Shown in pieces: positions 40,435 to 54,351 of a stretch of DNA of 64,000 nucleotides. The position numbers and the translations under genes were made by a program. The DNA is taken from positions 53,258,001-53,322,000 of the forward strand of contig OZ024749.1 in assembly GCA_964016885.1 (NCBI GenBank), read 5' to 3'. The stretch's first letter is position 1. Every line of letters starts with the position of its first letter. Source of the stretch: Eledone cirrhosa. Lineage: Eukaryota. Below the pieces are notes generated by a model, which searched no databases, had not been told where the DNA came from, and saw only the letters and a program-made list of their open reading frames with translations.

Positions 40435-42777
40435 CTATCTGAGTCTCTTTCCAGCCATGTTACTTATTTTATCAATTATCTCCGGCTTTTGGTAAAACTT
40501 GGCATAGTTTTCTAACCACTTCCGTCTGTAACTCCACATTTCACGAGCCAGCTGTTCCTCAGTGCTAGTCGCTTTCTTCCAGGCATTTTCCAGTTCATTC
40601 TGTTCGCTTTTGTTGTATTTCTCCTGTTGGATGCAAGATATCATTTTTCGGTCAATTTCTTCGTATTTATCCTTGTGCTTTTCAGCTTTCATCTTTGAAA
40701 GAACCACTTCAGACTTCAAACACAGCAGACTGATGTCATCTGAAATGCTTTGCCATTTTAAACTGTTTTGCTTTTTCGTGTTCCATAATTTAGTCGGTAA
40801 AATTGTGGGCACATTTTCTGCCCAAGCTCGATAGATGTTAGCTTTCTCGGTGCATTTTAAGTAAGTATAATAGGCTTGTTCTCTTTTACTTAAATTTGAA
40901 TTCCATTTCTTCTTAAATTCTTCTTGGCTTGTTTTCAGTTCTTTCATTTTACTGAGATACTCATTCAGCTGATCTTTCTTTTCCGTAGCATATTCCTCGG
41001 TTCTAAACATTCTTTGATTCGACTCTAAGGTTTCAAACGTGTTATTACTATTTTCTTTTCCAGTCACGTGGCAGGCGGACATATTCCCACCCTGTGCTGG
41101 AACGTATTTCGGTGTGGCATTATTATGGCAAATCAAAACTGGTGATTCCATATTGTAAGGTTCTGGGATGTGAGATTTCTGGGATGTGAGATTTAGTAAA
41201 AACTTCAGTTGATAACTCGACGCTACTGTGTTCAGTATTATCTGTACCACCATTCACTTCATCTATAGTAGACAAAGAATCGGTATTAGAACTTGTTTCA
41301 TTATTAACATCATTCAAATGTTTGTCTTCCTGATTCTCAACAAATATTTTATCTTCAGTGCAGTTGCTTGGCGAGTTTTCCTCATCTTTTTCCTCGCTAG
41401 TAGTTTCCAAATCATCTTCTTTCTCTCTAGATATAATCTTTTCGTTGTCATTTGAATAGAAATCCTGATCTTGACATTTTTCCTTTGGTGACTGTTCGTT
41501 AACATCAAGTATGCTACGGTTCACCTGAGGAGCTGTTTTATGTTCCACAGCTATGCTGCTATTACTAGAGTTTATTTCTTCAACTTTCACAATAGTATTC
41601 TCATCTGTATCTTCCTCATCATCGTTCGGGCCTTTCTCTTTATTAAGTAAAGCTAACATTTCAGCCCTGAGTCTGGTACTTATATCTCCACCTTGCGACG
41701 ATTCATTATTTTCACTATCATCATCTTCTTCTTTTTCTTTTTCTTCTTCTCCGTCTTCTTCTTCTTCTTCTTCGTCGTCGTCATCTTCTTCTTCAGGTTC
41801 AGTCTTATCTTTTGGTTCGCTCTGTTCTTCGTTGATCAACGTATTAACTTCCATGATTTCAGTTTGAATCTCGGAAGCAGGTATTTCGTCATGTAAACTT
41901 GAATGATCATCAATCGATAATTCTTCGATTACACTATCGTCAGCACTGTTGGTAATATTATTACTGCAGATAGATTCCTCTTTGCATTCACCATTTAATG
42001 GTGAAAGGTATAAAAGTTTATAGATTCCTCGCTATTTTCTATATGATCTTGATTTATTTCAGCTTCTGTATAACGTTTAGCTTCGGCCAACATGTTCTTT
42101 ACGCATTCATAACTAGCGTTCTCTTCGTTTTCATTGTAAGTTCCTTTATCTATAGCTGAAAAATTTCTATTAATGTGTTTTAGTTTCGTTTGGCTGATGT
42201 CTGATACAACTTTCGGTAGTTCTTCATTACTAGAAGTAACCTCTTCAACTTCACTAACTTCATCTATGTTCCCGTCTTCCTCCGTTTCTGACTTAACACA
42301 ACTTGTCATTTGAGAAGAATCTTTTTCAACATTTTTTTCTTCTTCTTCGTCCTGAGACGGTGGAAAGGTGATATTGATCTTGTTTGAGTTTTTACCAGTT
42401 TCATTAAGTTGTACAGCTCCATCGGTTCCTATAGTATTTGACGGAATCATCAACGTCTCTTCATTGTCGTTATTTTCAAAGGGGAAATGATTAAATATAG
42501 ATTTTAGCTGGATTAGTTGTTGGGACCTTGGAATAAATTCTGGGGCATCAGCTGACATTTTAGATTTTTTAACATTTTTGTACTGACCATGAAGCGGTGT
42601 GTCCATAGTTTCCTCTACCATAGCATTGGTGTGATCTCCTGTCGAGAAAGTAACTTCCTCTTTTATTGCAACATTAAGTTTTTGATTAAGAATTTTCATC
42701 AACTTTTTAATATCTTCAAAAGTAACAGATTTCTCATAAGAATTTGGATTTCTTACCTTATGTTTGTGATTATTCAT
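40435..42777 (-). pseudogene. Intronless ~775-aa reading frame with two frameshifts (PAM2 motif, acidic linker, helical C-terminal domain)
   Basis: Three consecutive non-repetitive ORFs (41995-42777, 41123-41854, 40435-41253) join into one frame if 1 nt is added near 42012-42015 and one copy of the 16-nt duplication at 41161-41192 is removed (2343+1-16=2328 nt, 776 codons). Start context caaaATG; SKMSADAPEFIP matches PAM2. Confidence 0.7.
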
Positions 42778-43287
42778 TTTGTTTTCCCCGGTGTAAGCTT
42801 TCTTTCAGAATTTGACGATTATTATTTTGTTTGAATGTTCTTGGAAATATATATATATATATATTTGTTATAGAATTCTGTTAAATATTTTACCAATCTT
42901 CAATAGATCTGTTTTCTGTTGTTGTTGTTTTTTTTTTTTATCCAAAAATATTATAACAACGGTGTACGGTTAATCCCAACATACATGAAACCAAAAAAAA
43001 AAAAAAAAAAGAGAAAATCCACCGAGTTTTAAATTCTTGTTTTGCAAAATCTGCTTACTTCCAGAATATTTGTAAGTTTAATTTTCAAATGGCTAACTTT
43101 CCGTTACTGTCAATCATTAGTTAAAACAATAAAATATAAATTTAAGATGAAATTTATTTAGAACAACTCTTCTTCTCAGCGTTCCGAGGTTTCAGTTATT
43201 GTTCTAATACAGGAAAAAAAATTACATACAATGATATTCACAGAAACGCACATACGCACATATACGGACACACGTACACGCACACAA

Positions 43288-44132
<845 letters not shown>

Positions 44133-44764
44133 TTAATGCGTGTGTTTGTGTGTATGTATTTATGATAATATAAGATATACTATCCTGGTTACATGTCGAT
44201 GTCCTCGTCGTTACTATGGCACCAGGTTTTTCGAACACCCAGCTAACTCTTAATACAACATTCGTCAAAAACGAAGGGGTTATTTTTCAGTTTGGAATAA
44301 ATTTTGTAACGATAAAAAAATTTTACAATCCAGATATTTAATGATAGACTTCTTTCATTACAACATTCTTGTGTGCATGTATGTATGCATTTATGTGTGT
44401 ATGGTACCATGGGCCCAGCACTATATGTCAATAATTGTCGCAAGTGTAGTGTTTGTACCAGAGTTTTCAAGTCGCTGGCTGGACTAAAAAGTCACACTCG
44501 TTCAGCGCATCGGTAGGGGTTCTCCTACATGGATATAAAGTAGTGGCCGTACTCGAAAACGAGTTGGCAGCCACCATGTGTGTATGTATGTATGCATTTA
44601 TGCATGCATACATGAACACATTTATGTATGTATGCATATGTGTATATGCGTGTTCTTGTATGCATATGCATACATGAATGTGTGTATACATTTATGTATG
44701 TATGCATATCTGTATATGCGTGTTCATGTATGCATATGTATACATGAATGTGTATACAAGTATG

Positions 44765-44864
44765 CACTGGTCTGTTGGAGACGCAGGACATGGCAGCGAT
44801 AATGAGGGACGGAGACCGCTAGAGAGAACTTGTCCATGGATCTCGGGAATTTTACCCGCCCTAG
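44765..44864 (+). mobile_element. RTE-clade LINE extreme 3' fragment
   Basis: Near-identical to 51203-51302. Confidence 0.8.
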
Positions 44865-45069
44865 ATAGATATATGTATGTATGTATGTTTTTTTTTTTTC
44901 ATAATTTAGAGTTTATTTTGGCTGGCCAAGGCGGTGAATTGGTAGAATCGTTAGAACGTGGATAGAATGCCTTGCGGTATTCGTTCCGGCTCTCTGAGTT
45001 CTAAGTTCAAAAACTTTGCATTTCATCCTCCCGAGGTTGATAAATAATGTACCAGTCAAGTACTGAGGT

Positions 45070-45160
<91 letters not shown>

Positions 45161-46169
45161 CTCACTCGCTGTGAACGAGGATGTGATCCGGCAGGTTTAA
45201 AATGTCCATGACATGCCGTATGTCACCACGGTACCTCTATGCCTCCCTCCATCAGGAGTTACAGGCCCATACATATATTTCACTGGTCCTTGGTGGTAAA
45301 GTTGTAAAGAGAAAATGTGTTCCTTTCGTCGTTCTTTGCGTAACTATTCGTCTTTGAAACTTTACAAATGTCTCGCAGATCTTTATAGTTCCAAATGAGA
45401 CGTTATATATGTTGGAACTTCATATCAAGACTTACCTGGCCTTCCTCTTTTATGGTATGAGCTGTTTGTTTTAGTTTTCGTGTGACAGACAAAAAGGCTG
45501 TACAGGTGGTAGGTTGGCAGAATCGGTAGAACGTCGGACAACATGCTTTGCGACATAGAGTTATGGCGCTTTACATTCTGATTTGAAATAGTAGATTCAG
45601 TAACTTTAGTAAGGGTACCGTCCACATAAGAAAGGCGCCGGCGACAAAATGAACTTCAAAGACGTCACGTGTTATCCGTCTCCTAACTATAAACTATTTT
45701 GCATGTACGTGATATGTGTTTTAAGTTACAGTCGTATTTAGTACCCTTAACAAGCTACAAGCTCACTAACATCTTCATAAACAGGGGTCAGTTATCCCCA
45801 AGGACCTCCCGTTTTATCCTGGCCTGTTTTATCTTTTCTTTTTCTTTTCATGTTTGTTTATTTAGCCCTAAAGCTGGTTTTTTTGTTTTTTTCTTTCGGC
45901 TTTTTAGCGAAATATAAATAACCCCATCTAAAATAAATAGATGTCTTGTAGTACACCTTAACATTCTTGAAAAAGAAAGAGACGTCGACTAAAGTTAATA
46001 TTAGATTAAAAAACCCTTATTGTCCTGTCCTGCTTATTTTCGTGTCCGACAGAGAAGTTGAAACAAGAACTGTTCCAGTTTACTCAGCTGTAGAAAATAG
46101 ATGATAGAACTGGGGTCCCTATCATTAAATCACACGAGATATACCTTGGAGGAGGCCAGCTAAACCTGC

Positions 46170-46280
46170 ATCTCATTTCTACAGCTGAGTAAACTGGAGC
46201 AACGTGAAATAAAGTGTCTTGCTCAAGGAAACAACCTTTCGATTGCAAGCCCAATGCTCTAACCACTAAGCCATGCGCCT
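46170..46280 (-). mobile_element. tRNA-headed SINE fragment (fourth family)
   Basis: Minus strand ggcgcatggcttagtggttagagc...ccttgagcaagacactttatttcacgttgctccagtttactcagctg. Confidence 0.65.
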
Positions 46281-47236
46281 TCACTAAAGTACCAGTAATG
46301 CACTGGAATAATTGCTGGCTTTGTGCCAAAAGTAGATATAATGATAACGACTCTACCAATTCACCACATGTTGTATATAGATTACTTCACACAAAAAATG
46401 AAAGAGATAAGAATGAAATAACTAAAAAAAATACAGAAAAACTATCTTATCTGATCATACGTGATCGTATTTTAGACTTTCATATTCTACTATTGTTATA
46501 TTTACCGTATAACATAAAAGATTGGATATAAAGCATTATGGGGATATCTGTTGAAACTACTAAATTCGTTGTTATGCGAAATTTATGCAGCACGTTTATG
46601 AATACAGCACACTATTGAATAGATTATATGTCGTATCAGAAGTGGTTATAATGAGAGACATATCACCAATGAAACTGTGTAATTTTGGGGGGGTTATAAA
46701 CACATTAACGATATTATTTTGGCTACATGGAAATTAAAGATGACATGAAAATAATATTAAAAAGCCATAAATTGAAATAAAGTAGGAATTTATGTAAAAA
46801 TGGACAGACATTAGTATTCCAATGTTGTTAATCATAAGATATTTCAATCAATCAGTTAACTAGAAAACAGCAACAGCAATAGCAACAACAACAACAAATA
46901 TCTGATGACTATTTATTGTTATTCGTGAATATGAATTTTAAGTACAGTAGCATATTTATAATATATTTGGTTGTAACATAAATTCCCGCCGTTGTTATGA
47001 GACTTCTTAATAAAAAAAAACGGCGAGAATTTATGTTACAACCCAATATTTGTTCAGAGTAAAATAAGATTAAAACCAGAGTCTGGTGAATGAAATAGCA
47101 GACGTCGCCATTTTAAAACGAAAATGTTTTTTCTTTTTAGAAAAAATAGCGAGGAAAGCAAAGATTAATGCGAATAATAGAAATACTATGATACTTTTCA
47201 AAAATGTCTGAACTAAAAAAAGGATTTGTCTTTATT

Positions 47237-47572
47237 ATTCAAATCCCGCCGAGGTTAACTTTGCCTTTCATCATTACGGGGTCGATAAAATAAAGTACCA
47301 GTCACGCAGTGGGGTCAATTTCATCGACCCCCCCCAATTGCTGGCCTTGTGCCTAAATAAGAAACCATTATTAATGAATATGGATTGGTAGTATCGGTAG
47401 AGGGTCGGACGCCATGCTTTGTCGCATAGAGTTACGGCCCTCTTGCCATTCTGAGTTCAAATCCCGCCAAGGTTAACTTTGCCTTTCATCCTTACGGGGT
47501 CGATAAAATAAAGTACCAGTAATACACTGGGTAATTGCTGGCCTTGTGCCAAAAGTAGAAACAATTATTAAT
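47237..47572 (+). mobile_element. Dominant SINE, truncated plus full copy
   Basis: 47237-47372 and 47381-47570; both are followed by attaatgaatat. Confidence 0.85.
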
Positions 47573-48497
47573 GAATATATTTTTAAAGACCGGCAACTCC
47601 TGATGGAATTGTAGCGACACTTTTTAAACCCGACTTAGTTTTTCTCACTAGTAATAACCATAATAACACATGATGTGTATATTTTGCAAGAGATGTCAAC
47701 ATGAAATCATCAGGAATTCCTGATGATTTCATACGAATGAAACAGTTCTAATCCTGTAGCTTTTTCTATATAACACTCTCTCTCTCACTCTCTCTGTCTC
47801 TCTCTCTGTCTCTCTCTCTCTGTCTGTCTGTCTGTCTCTGTCTCTCTCTCTCTCTCTGGTATGAGGGAGGTTTTAGTGAGAGAGAGAGAAGGAAAGAAGA
47901 GAGAGAGGGACGATAGAAGAATGACAGAATTTGTGAATTGCTATTCTGGGCAACAGTAAAATGTCAGAAACAACGAACTGTGTCATGGACGTCGACGATA
48001 TGTAGTACAAATGTATTCATTGCCCAACCTCCTCCTCCTCCCCCTCTCACCCCCTCCTCCTACCACCACCACCACCATCACCATCCCCCTTCCCCCGCCA
48101 TATCTTCAAATGGGTTAAATTGTTCCACTTTACCCGACACCCCCCCGCGCCATCACACCAACATGCTCGTATTAACTTCAGCGTTTCTAACATAACCCCG
48201 CAATGACTTTCAATGAATCGTTTCTTTCCTCCGGCTGGGGGGTGGGGGGGTGGGGTGAAAGAGGGGGAGAGAGAGAGAGAGAAAAATGAAAGAAAGTAAA
48301 CAAAGAAAAGATATAGAATATATAAACACTACTAAAAAGACTCCCCAAAATATCAACGTTATCTTTACAGTTGTCGCCACAAAATATATTTTGTTCAGCC
48401 GCTGTTGTTAGTTCTCTATCTGGGATTTATTTGTTTGGTTTTGTGTCCGTGTGAGTGTTACTGCATGTATATACACACATAGACACACGTGTGTGTC

Positions 48498-48553
<56 letters not shown>

Positions 48554-48562
48554 TAGACACAC

Positions 48563-48607
<45 letters not shown>

Positions 48608-48908
48608 AATATATATATGAGAGACTGCAGTGCGGAGACCACTACTCGTGGGAGTACTCAATGAATGGGGAGATGCTGAGTGGGTTAGAACTTTACATCT
48701 CTCTCTCCCTCCCTCTCCCTCCCTCTCTCTCACCCCCTCTCTCTCTCTCTCCCTCCCCCATCCTCCTCTCTCTCTCCCTCCCCCATCCTCCTCTCTCTCT
48801 CCCTCTCCCATCCTCCTCTCTCTCTCCCTCTCTCATCCCTCTCTATCCTCCCTCTCTCTCCCCCTCTCTGTTTTTTACTGCAACTATTCTTATATATATA
48901 TATATATA

Positions 48909-49034
48909 AATGTGAATGAAAAATGGCGTGCTGCGTTGTTGCGAATATGAACATATGAATAAAATAGTCTTTAATGCGAAGAAATACCAATGATAATCAG
49001 CAGGCTACTGATGAAGGACAGTCTTGTTTCTCGG

Positions 49035-49041
<7 letters not shown>
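48909..49041 (+). mobile_element. PLE-like fragment family E, second copy
   Basis: tctttaatgcgaagaaataccaatga...cta-CTGATGA-agga, similar to 14495-14545; (TA)n on both sides. Confidence 0.5.
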
Positions 49042-49082
<41 letters not shown>

Positions 49083-49674
49083 GTTGGTTGGTTGTGAATT
49101 GTAATTACAAAAGAATGATCTCTCGATATGTAGACATAGAAATATTTTATATTAAACCTTTAGTTTAAGAAAATAAATCTTTAACCACCAAACTCTTCTC
49201 GTTCTTTTGAACCTTTGGAGCAAAAACTAAATAGTTTGTTTGTGTTGCTGTTGTAGCAAAAGAGGTTTTTAAAAGACTGTATTATTAACAATAATAATAG
49301 ACTGACTGTGAAAAAGTTATATTGCAGTTGCAGTCTTATAGAGAATAATTCTGAAGAAGTAATTAGTCTACATAAGCTTAGCAAATCTCAAGAAAAAGAA
49401 ACACAGACTTCTTACTGTCAATGATTTGGATTCATTCATAACTCACGTTAGACATTGAAATCTTTCTGTCACACTTTTGCACTGCCGTAGTAAAATATTA
49501 AATTCTTTTGACTTGGTACAAGGCTCTATGTTTATCGCGGTTATATATTTAGACACGAGAAATAGGATGTTATGGCTGCAAAGTTTTCACTGATGACGTT
49601 AGCTGCATAACAGAAAGTTAATCGTCTTCATATCAACTGTGATAATTTACACACAAACATAAACACATACAGGG

Positions 49675-50105
49675 CAGGCCTGGGGCTCTGTTGTCGTAAA
49701 CGTGCTCTTTCAGACCAGACCTTGTGCTCTAATGTCGTAAACATGCTCTTTCAGACCAGACCTTGTGCTCTGTTGTCGTAAACATGCTCTTTCAGACCAG
49801 ACCTTATGCTCTGTTGTCGTAAACATGCTCTTTCAGACCAGACCTTGTGCTCTGTTGTCGTAAACATGCTCTTTCAGACCAGACCTTGGGCTCTGTTGTC
49901 GTAAACATGCTCTTTCAGACCAGAGCTGGGGCTCTGTTATCATAGAAATGTTCTCTCAAGGCAGACCTGGGCTCGGTTATCACAGGCCTGCTCTTCCAGG
50001 AGGCAGACGTGAAGCTCTTGTGTTACAAGCCTGCTCTTTCACTTCCAGATGGCAGACCTGGCGTTCTGTTATCATAAGCCTGCTCTTCCAGGATAGACCT
50101 AGGGC
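49675..50105. repeat. 41-bp minisatellite (6 conserved plus ~4 diverged units)
   Basis: Unit gctctgttgtcgtaaacatgctctttcagaccagaccttgt. Confidence 0.9.
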
Positions 50106-51020
50106 TTATATATAAAAAAAAAAGCCCAACTACTATCGAAAGAAAGTGTTAAGATTTACAGCCTCATCACACGTTGTGACAACACCATCAATGTTTGTAT
50201 TTGGTGCTATTTTAATTATCACAATATCATCTTGACTGAAAATACCTTTCAGGGGTTTCATGACACAATTTTGAATAATGAATATTAATTAGAGAAACTG
50301 ATGTATGATATTTATACCAGTCACCAGAGATTCGTCTCAATTCACACTTGCCAAACTCATTATATATTTATGTATTTATGTATGCTGAAATACAGGACAT
50401 TATCATTCAACACATAAACTCGAATAAATAACAGATGTAATCAATAATATTGTTTTCTAACAAAGAGGAAAAGCTAAGCACAAACGGACATGATTCTGAC
50501 GATAGAGGGCGCGTTACTTCGATAGAAGGTGCGGATGTAAAATCGATGCAAAATAGTGATATTTGATTTCCAACGTGGACAAAATAATATCATATCTATA
50601 TTTGGAGAGAGAAGAAGTAAAATAGTTTAGTCTTCATTACTTTTCCAAATGTATTTCGTTTACTGTGATCTGGGGATAAGGAAATCAATCGCCGACTCCA
50701 TTGTTCAATCGCTAATGTTGACGGTGTCCGCCATATTTCAGTACACAGGTCACATACATACACCATTGATCTAATGCTGATTATATTTACATTATTATAT
50801 CACATCTTTTGTGAACAACATCATCATTCATTATAGGATTCCAATGGGTTAATCACAATGACCAGTTAAACTCGGACAAAATAAATACCAAAAAGTATTT
50901 TCATTCGAACCGACTGGCTGGGATATCGGTTTTTCGCCGATTTGTATATATATCGTCTATATATCTTGGTAAATGATTATATATATATATATATATACAT
51001 ACATAATAATGAAAAACTCA

Positions 51021-51300
51021 GAGCTGTATGGGAGCCTCCCAAAAGTCAGCTCAAAAGTGACACAGAGGAGACTGAGGTTAGCTGGACATGCTCACCGACA
51101 TCCAGAGTTGACATTGCACTCAGTGCTCCTGTGGGAGCCCCTACATGGACACACTGGAAGAGGAAGACCAAGGTTAACGTATGTTGATGCCCTAAGGACA
51201 GACACTGGTCTGTTGGAGACGCAGGACATGGCAGCGATAATGAGGGACAGAGACCGCTGGAGAGAACTCGTCCATGGATCTCGGGAATTTTACCCGCCCT

Positions 51301-51302
<2 letters not shown>
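51021..51302 (+). mobile_element. RTE-clade LINE 3' fragment
   Basis: Translates as ...RRLRLAGHAHRH...LLWEP...GRGRPRLTYVD...DRDRWR, the C-terminal region typical of RTE ORFs; runs directly into (TA)n. Confidence 0.85.
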
Positions 51303-51344
<42 letters not shown>

Positions 51345-52047
51345 TCAAAAAAAGCCCACATCAAATAGGGTGTGCACAGGACAAAGACAATGGAAAAAAA
51401 CCGGAAAGACGGACAGTCCCATATATATATATATATATATATATAAGAAAGAGAGAATGTGTAGTAGAGAAGTGAGAAAGCGATATAGAGGAAGAATCCA
51501 CACCAGTACTAGACTGGTACTTTTTTTATCGACCTCGAATGGATGAAAGGCGAAGTTGATCTCGGCGAGGTTTGAACTGAGAGAGCAGAGAACAGTAACA
51601 AATAGCACAACACATTCTATCTGACACTCTAACGACTCTGTCATCTCGCCTCCCGAGATGTGTGTGTTCTGCAGATGACGTAAAAGATAGCAAATAAAAG
51701 AGAAAAAAAAAATCACCATGACTATCACTTTGAAAATTTGGTAATTGATGTGGTTTAAAACAAGCAATTACAGTAAAATGCTACGAATGGGTATCACTGT
51801 ATTTAAAATCACAGAATCAACCGACTCCCCACTCCTCCCCTCCCCACCAAAAAAAAAAGAAGAAAAAGAAAGAAAAAAGAAGGAAAAGGAAAAAAAAACA
51901 TTAATTCGAAACGAAAAACGAAATGTTGTTCTATAAACGCTGTACAAACTCTGGCGACTGACTGCGATATTACACCACAGTAAACAGACTTGTATGAAAT
52001 GACTCACTGGTGTTTGGTTCATCATATCTACATCATATAATCCTTAT

Positions 52048-52080
<33 letters not shown>

Positions 52081-52475
52081 CTCTCTCTCTCTCACTCACT
52101 GTCTCTCTCTCTCACTCACTCACTCACTCACTCACTCACTCACTGTCTCTCTCTCTCTCTCACTCACTGTCTCTCACTGTCTCTCTCTCTCTCTCTCACT
52201 CGCTCTGTCTCACACTCACTCACACTCACTCACTCACACTCACTCACACTCACTCACACTCTCTCACTCACTCACTCACTCATTCTCTCTCACTCACTCA
52301 CTCACTCACTCATTCTCTCTCACTCACTCACTCATTCTCTCTCACTCACTCACTCACTCACTCATTCTCTCTCACTCACTCACGCTCTTTCCGAATATGT
52401 CTGTCTCATTCTCTCTGTCACTCTCTCTCTCTTTCCCTTTTCTCCAATTCTTTTTCTCTCTCTCTCATTCATTCA

Positions 52476-52520
<45 letters not shown>

Positions 52521-53344
52521 ACTGGGCTACTGTTTATCTATTTATCTAAAATCGGCAGGATTTGAACTCAGAACGTAAAGGGACGTAACTAAATGCCGTA
52601 AAGCATGTTGTCTGTTGCTCTAAAGTTGTATATGTATGTCTGATTGTTAGTTAAATGTATTTAAAAGCAGTCCATTGTATGGTAAATATGTTTTCATTTT
52701 AGTACTTTACTGAACTACCTTGAAAATGACGTTGATAGAAATAACAAAGGTTATTTATTAGAACTGAGAAATGGATGTATCTAAGGAAGAACTCCATTGA
52801 TATAGACATAGCAAACGATGGCTTGTGTTGGTAACTACAGCACGAAATTGAAAAATGTGGAATTTATTTTAAATAACAAAGAAACCACTGGATATTGCTG
52901 TTAGGAAGGTTTATCAGGAAGTTTTGGAAACAATATCAACCATTAATTTCACTGACAGCTGACAATAATCAACCATCATCGTCATCATTCCTCACCCATC
53001 ACCACCACATCACCACCACCACCACATCACCACCATCACCACCACCATCACCACCACTACCACCTCCATCATTTCCTTCCTTAATCCCTGGCATTAGTTA
53101 TAAGATGCCTTCAGAAATATCACCTGTCATTACCAACCGACTCGAAATTTCTCAAAATTAGGCAAAACATCATCAATGTCTCGATATTGGTCATGGTCGT
53201 AGAAACAGTTCCAAACTGGTTCCAAAACAGACGTTTCTCGTTGAAATCTAAAGGAAACAAATAAACAAATGATAAATGATATGAATTAGAATAAAATAAT
53301 ATTATTTTGAAATTCTTCAAAATAATATTATTTTGAAGAATTCA

Positions 53345-53538
53345 AGGGCGGTGGGTTGGCAATATTGGTAGAGGGTCGGATGCCATGGTTTGACGCATAG
53401 AGTTACGGCCCTTGCCATTCTGAGTTCAAATCCCGCCGAGGTTAACTTTGCCTTTCATCCTTACGGGGTCGATAAAATAAAGTACCAGTAATGCACTGGG
53501 TAATTGCTGGCCTTGTGCCAAAAGTAGAAACAATTATT
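53345..53538 (+). mobile_element. Dominant SINE with apparent 11-bp TSD
   Basis: gaaattcttca at 53309-53319 and 53541-53551. Confidence 0.85.
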
Positions 53539-53609
53539 TAGAAATTCTTCACTTCGTAAATATTGTTGTACTTAACAGTAAACAAATACTTTAAAATTGT
53601 TATCTAAAT

Positions 53610-53960
53610 AGTATGGTGTGGTGTGTGGTATGGTGTGGTGTGGTGTGGTATAGAATGGTGTGGTGTGGTGTGGTATGGTGTAGAATGGTGTGGTGTGGTG
53701 TGTGGTATGGTATAGAATGGTGTGGTGTGGTGTGTGGTATGGTGTGGTGTGGTGTGGTGTGGTATGGTATAGAATGGTCTGGTGTGGTGTGGTGTAGTGT
53801 GTGTGGTGTAGTGTGGTGTGGTGTTGTATGGTGTGGTGTGGTGTGGTGTGGTGCAGTGTAGTGTGGTGTGGCATGATGTTGTACAGTGTGGTGTGGTATG
53901 GTGTAGTGTGTGTCTGTATGGAGGGGTTAGTGTGTGTGTGGAGGGGGGTAGTGTGTGTGG
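53610..53960. repeat. (GGTGT)n pentanucleotide array
   Basis: Direct reading; a similar larger array lies at 57311-57947. Confidence 0.9.
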
Positions 53961-54351
53961 GAGGAATCTCTTCATTGAATCAGTGTGTGTCTTTGAATGT
54001 TATTTCTGTTGCAAAATCTAGTGAGAATGACCTTGTGTGGGTGTAAAATGAAGTTTGATGAGGGGTGTTGTTGCTGTTGCTGTTGCTGTTGTTGTTGTTG
54101 TTTGGTGGTGGTGGGTGGTATGGAAGGTGGAGAGGAAGATGATGATGGTTAATATTACGCCTTGAGTCTTTCATGAAAACATCATATTAATCATAGTGAA
54201 AAAATATATTTTCTTCTTTTCATTGTGTAATTCTACTATACCATGATGATGATCGTCATGACTACAGTGGAACAAAACTCATCACCATCACCTGCATTGT
54301 CACCGTCACCATCATCACCATCATCATCATTACAACCACAGTCGAAGGAAC

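Noticed and set aside
41995-42030. Programmed -1 ribosomal frameshift between ORF1 and ORF2
   Set aside because: No X XXY YYZ slippery heptamer in the overlap; a 1-nt loss in a homopolymer is simpler, and a second independent lesion exists.
49585-49630. CTGATGA-c gtta gctgca taac a-GAAA
   Set aside because: Stem II is plausible, but there is no consistent stem III or stem I.
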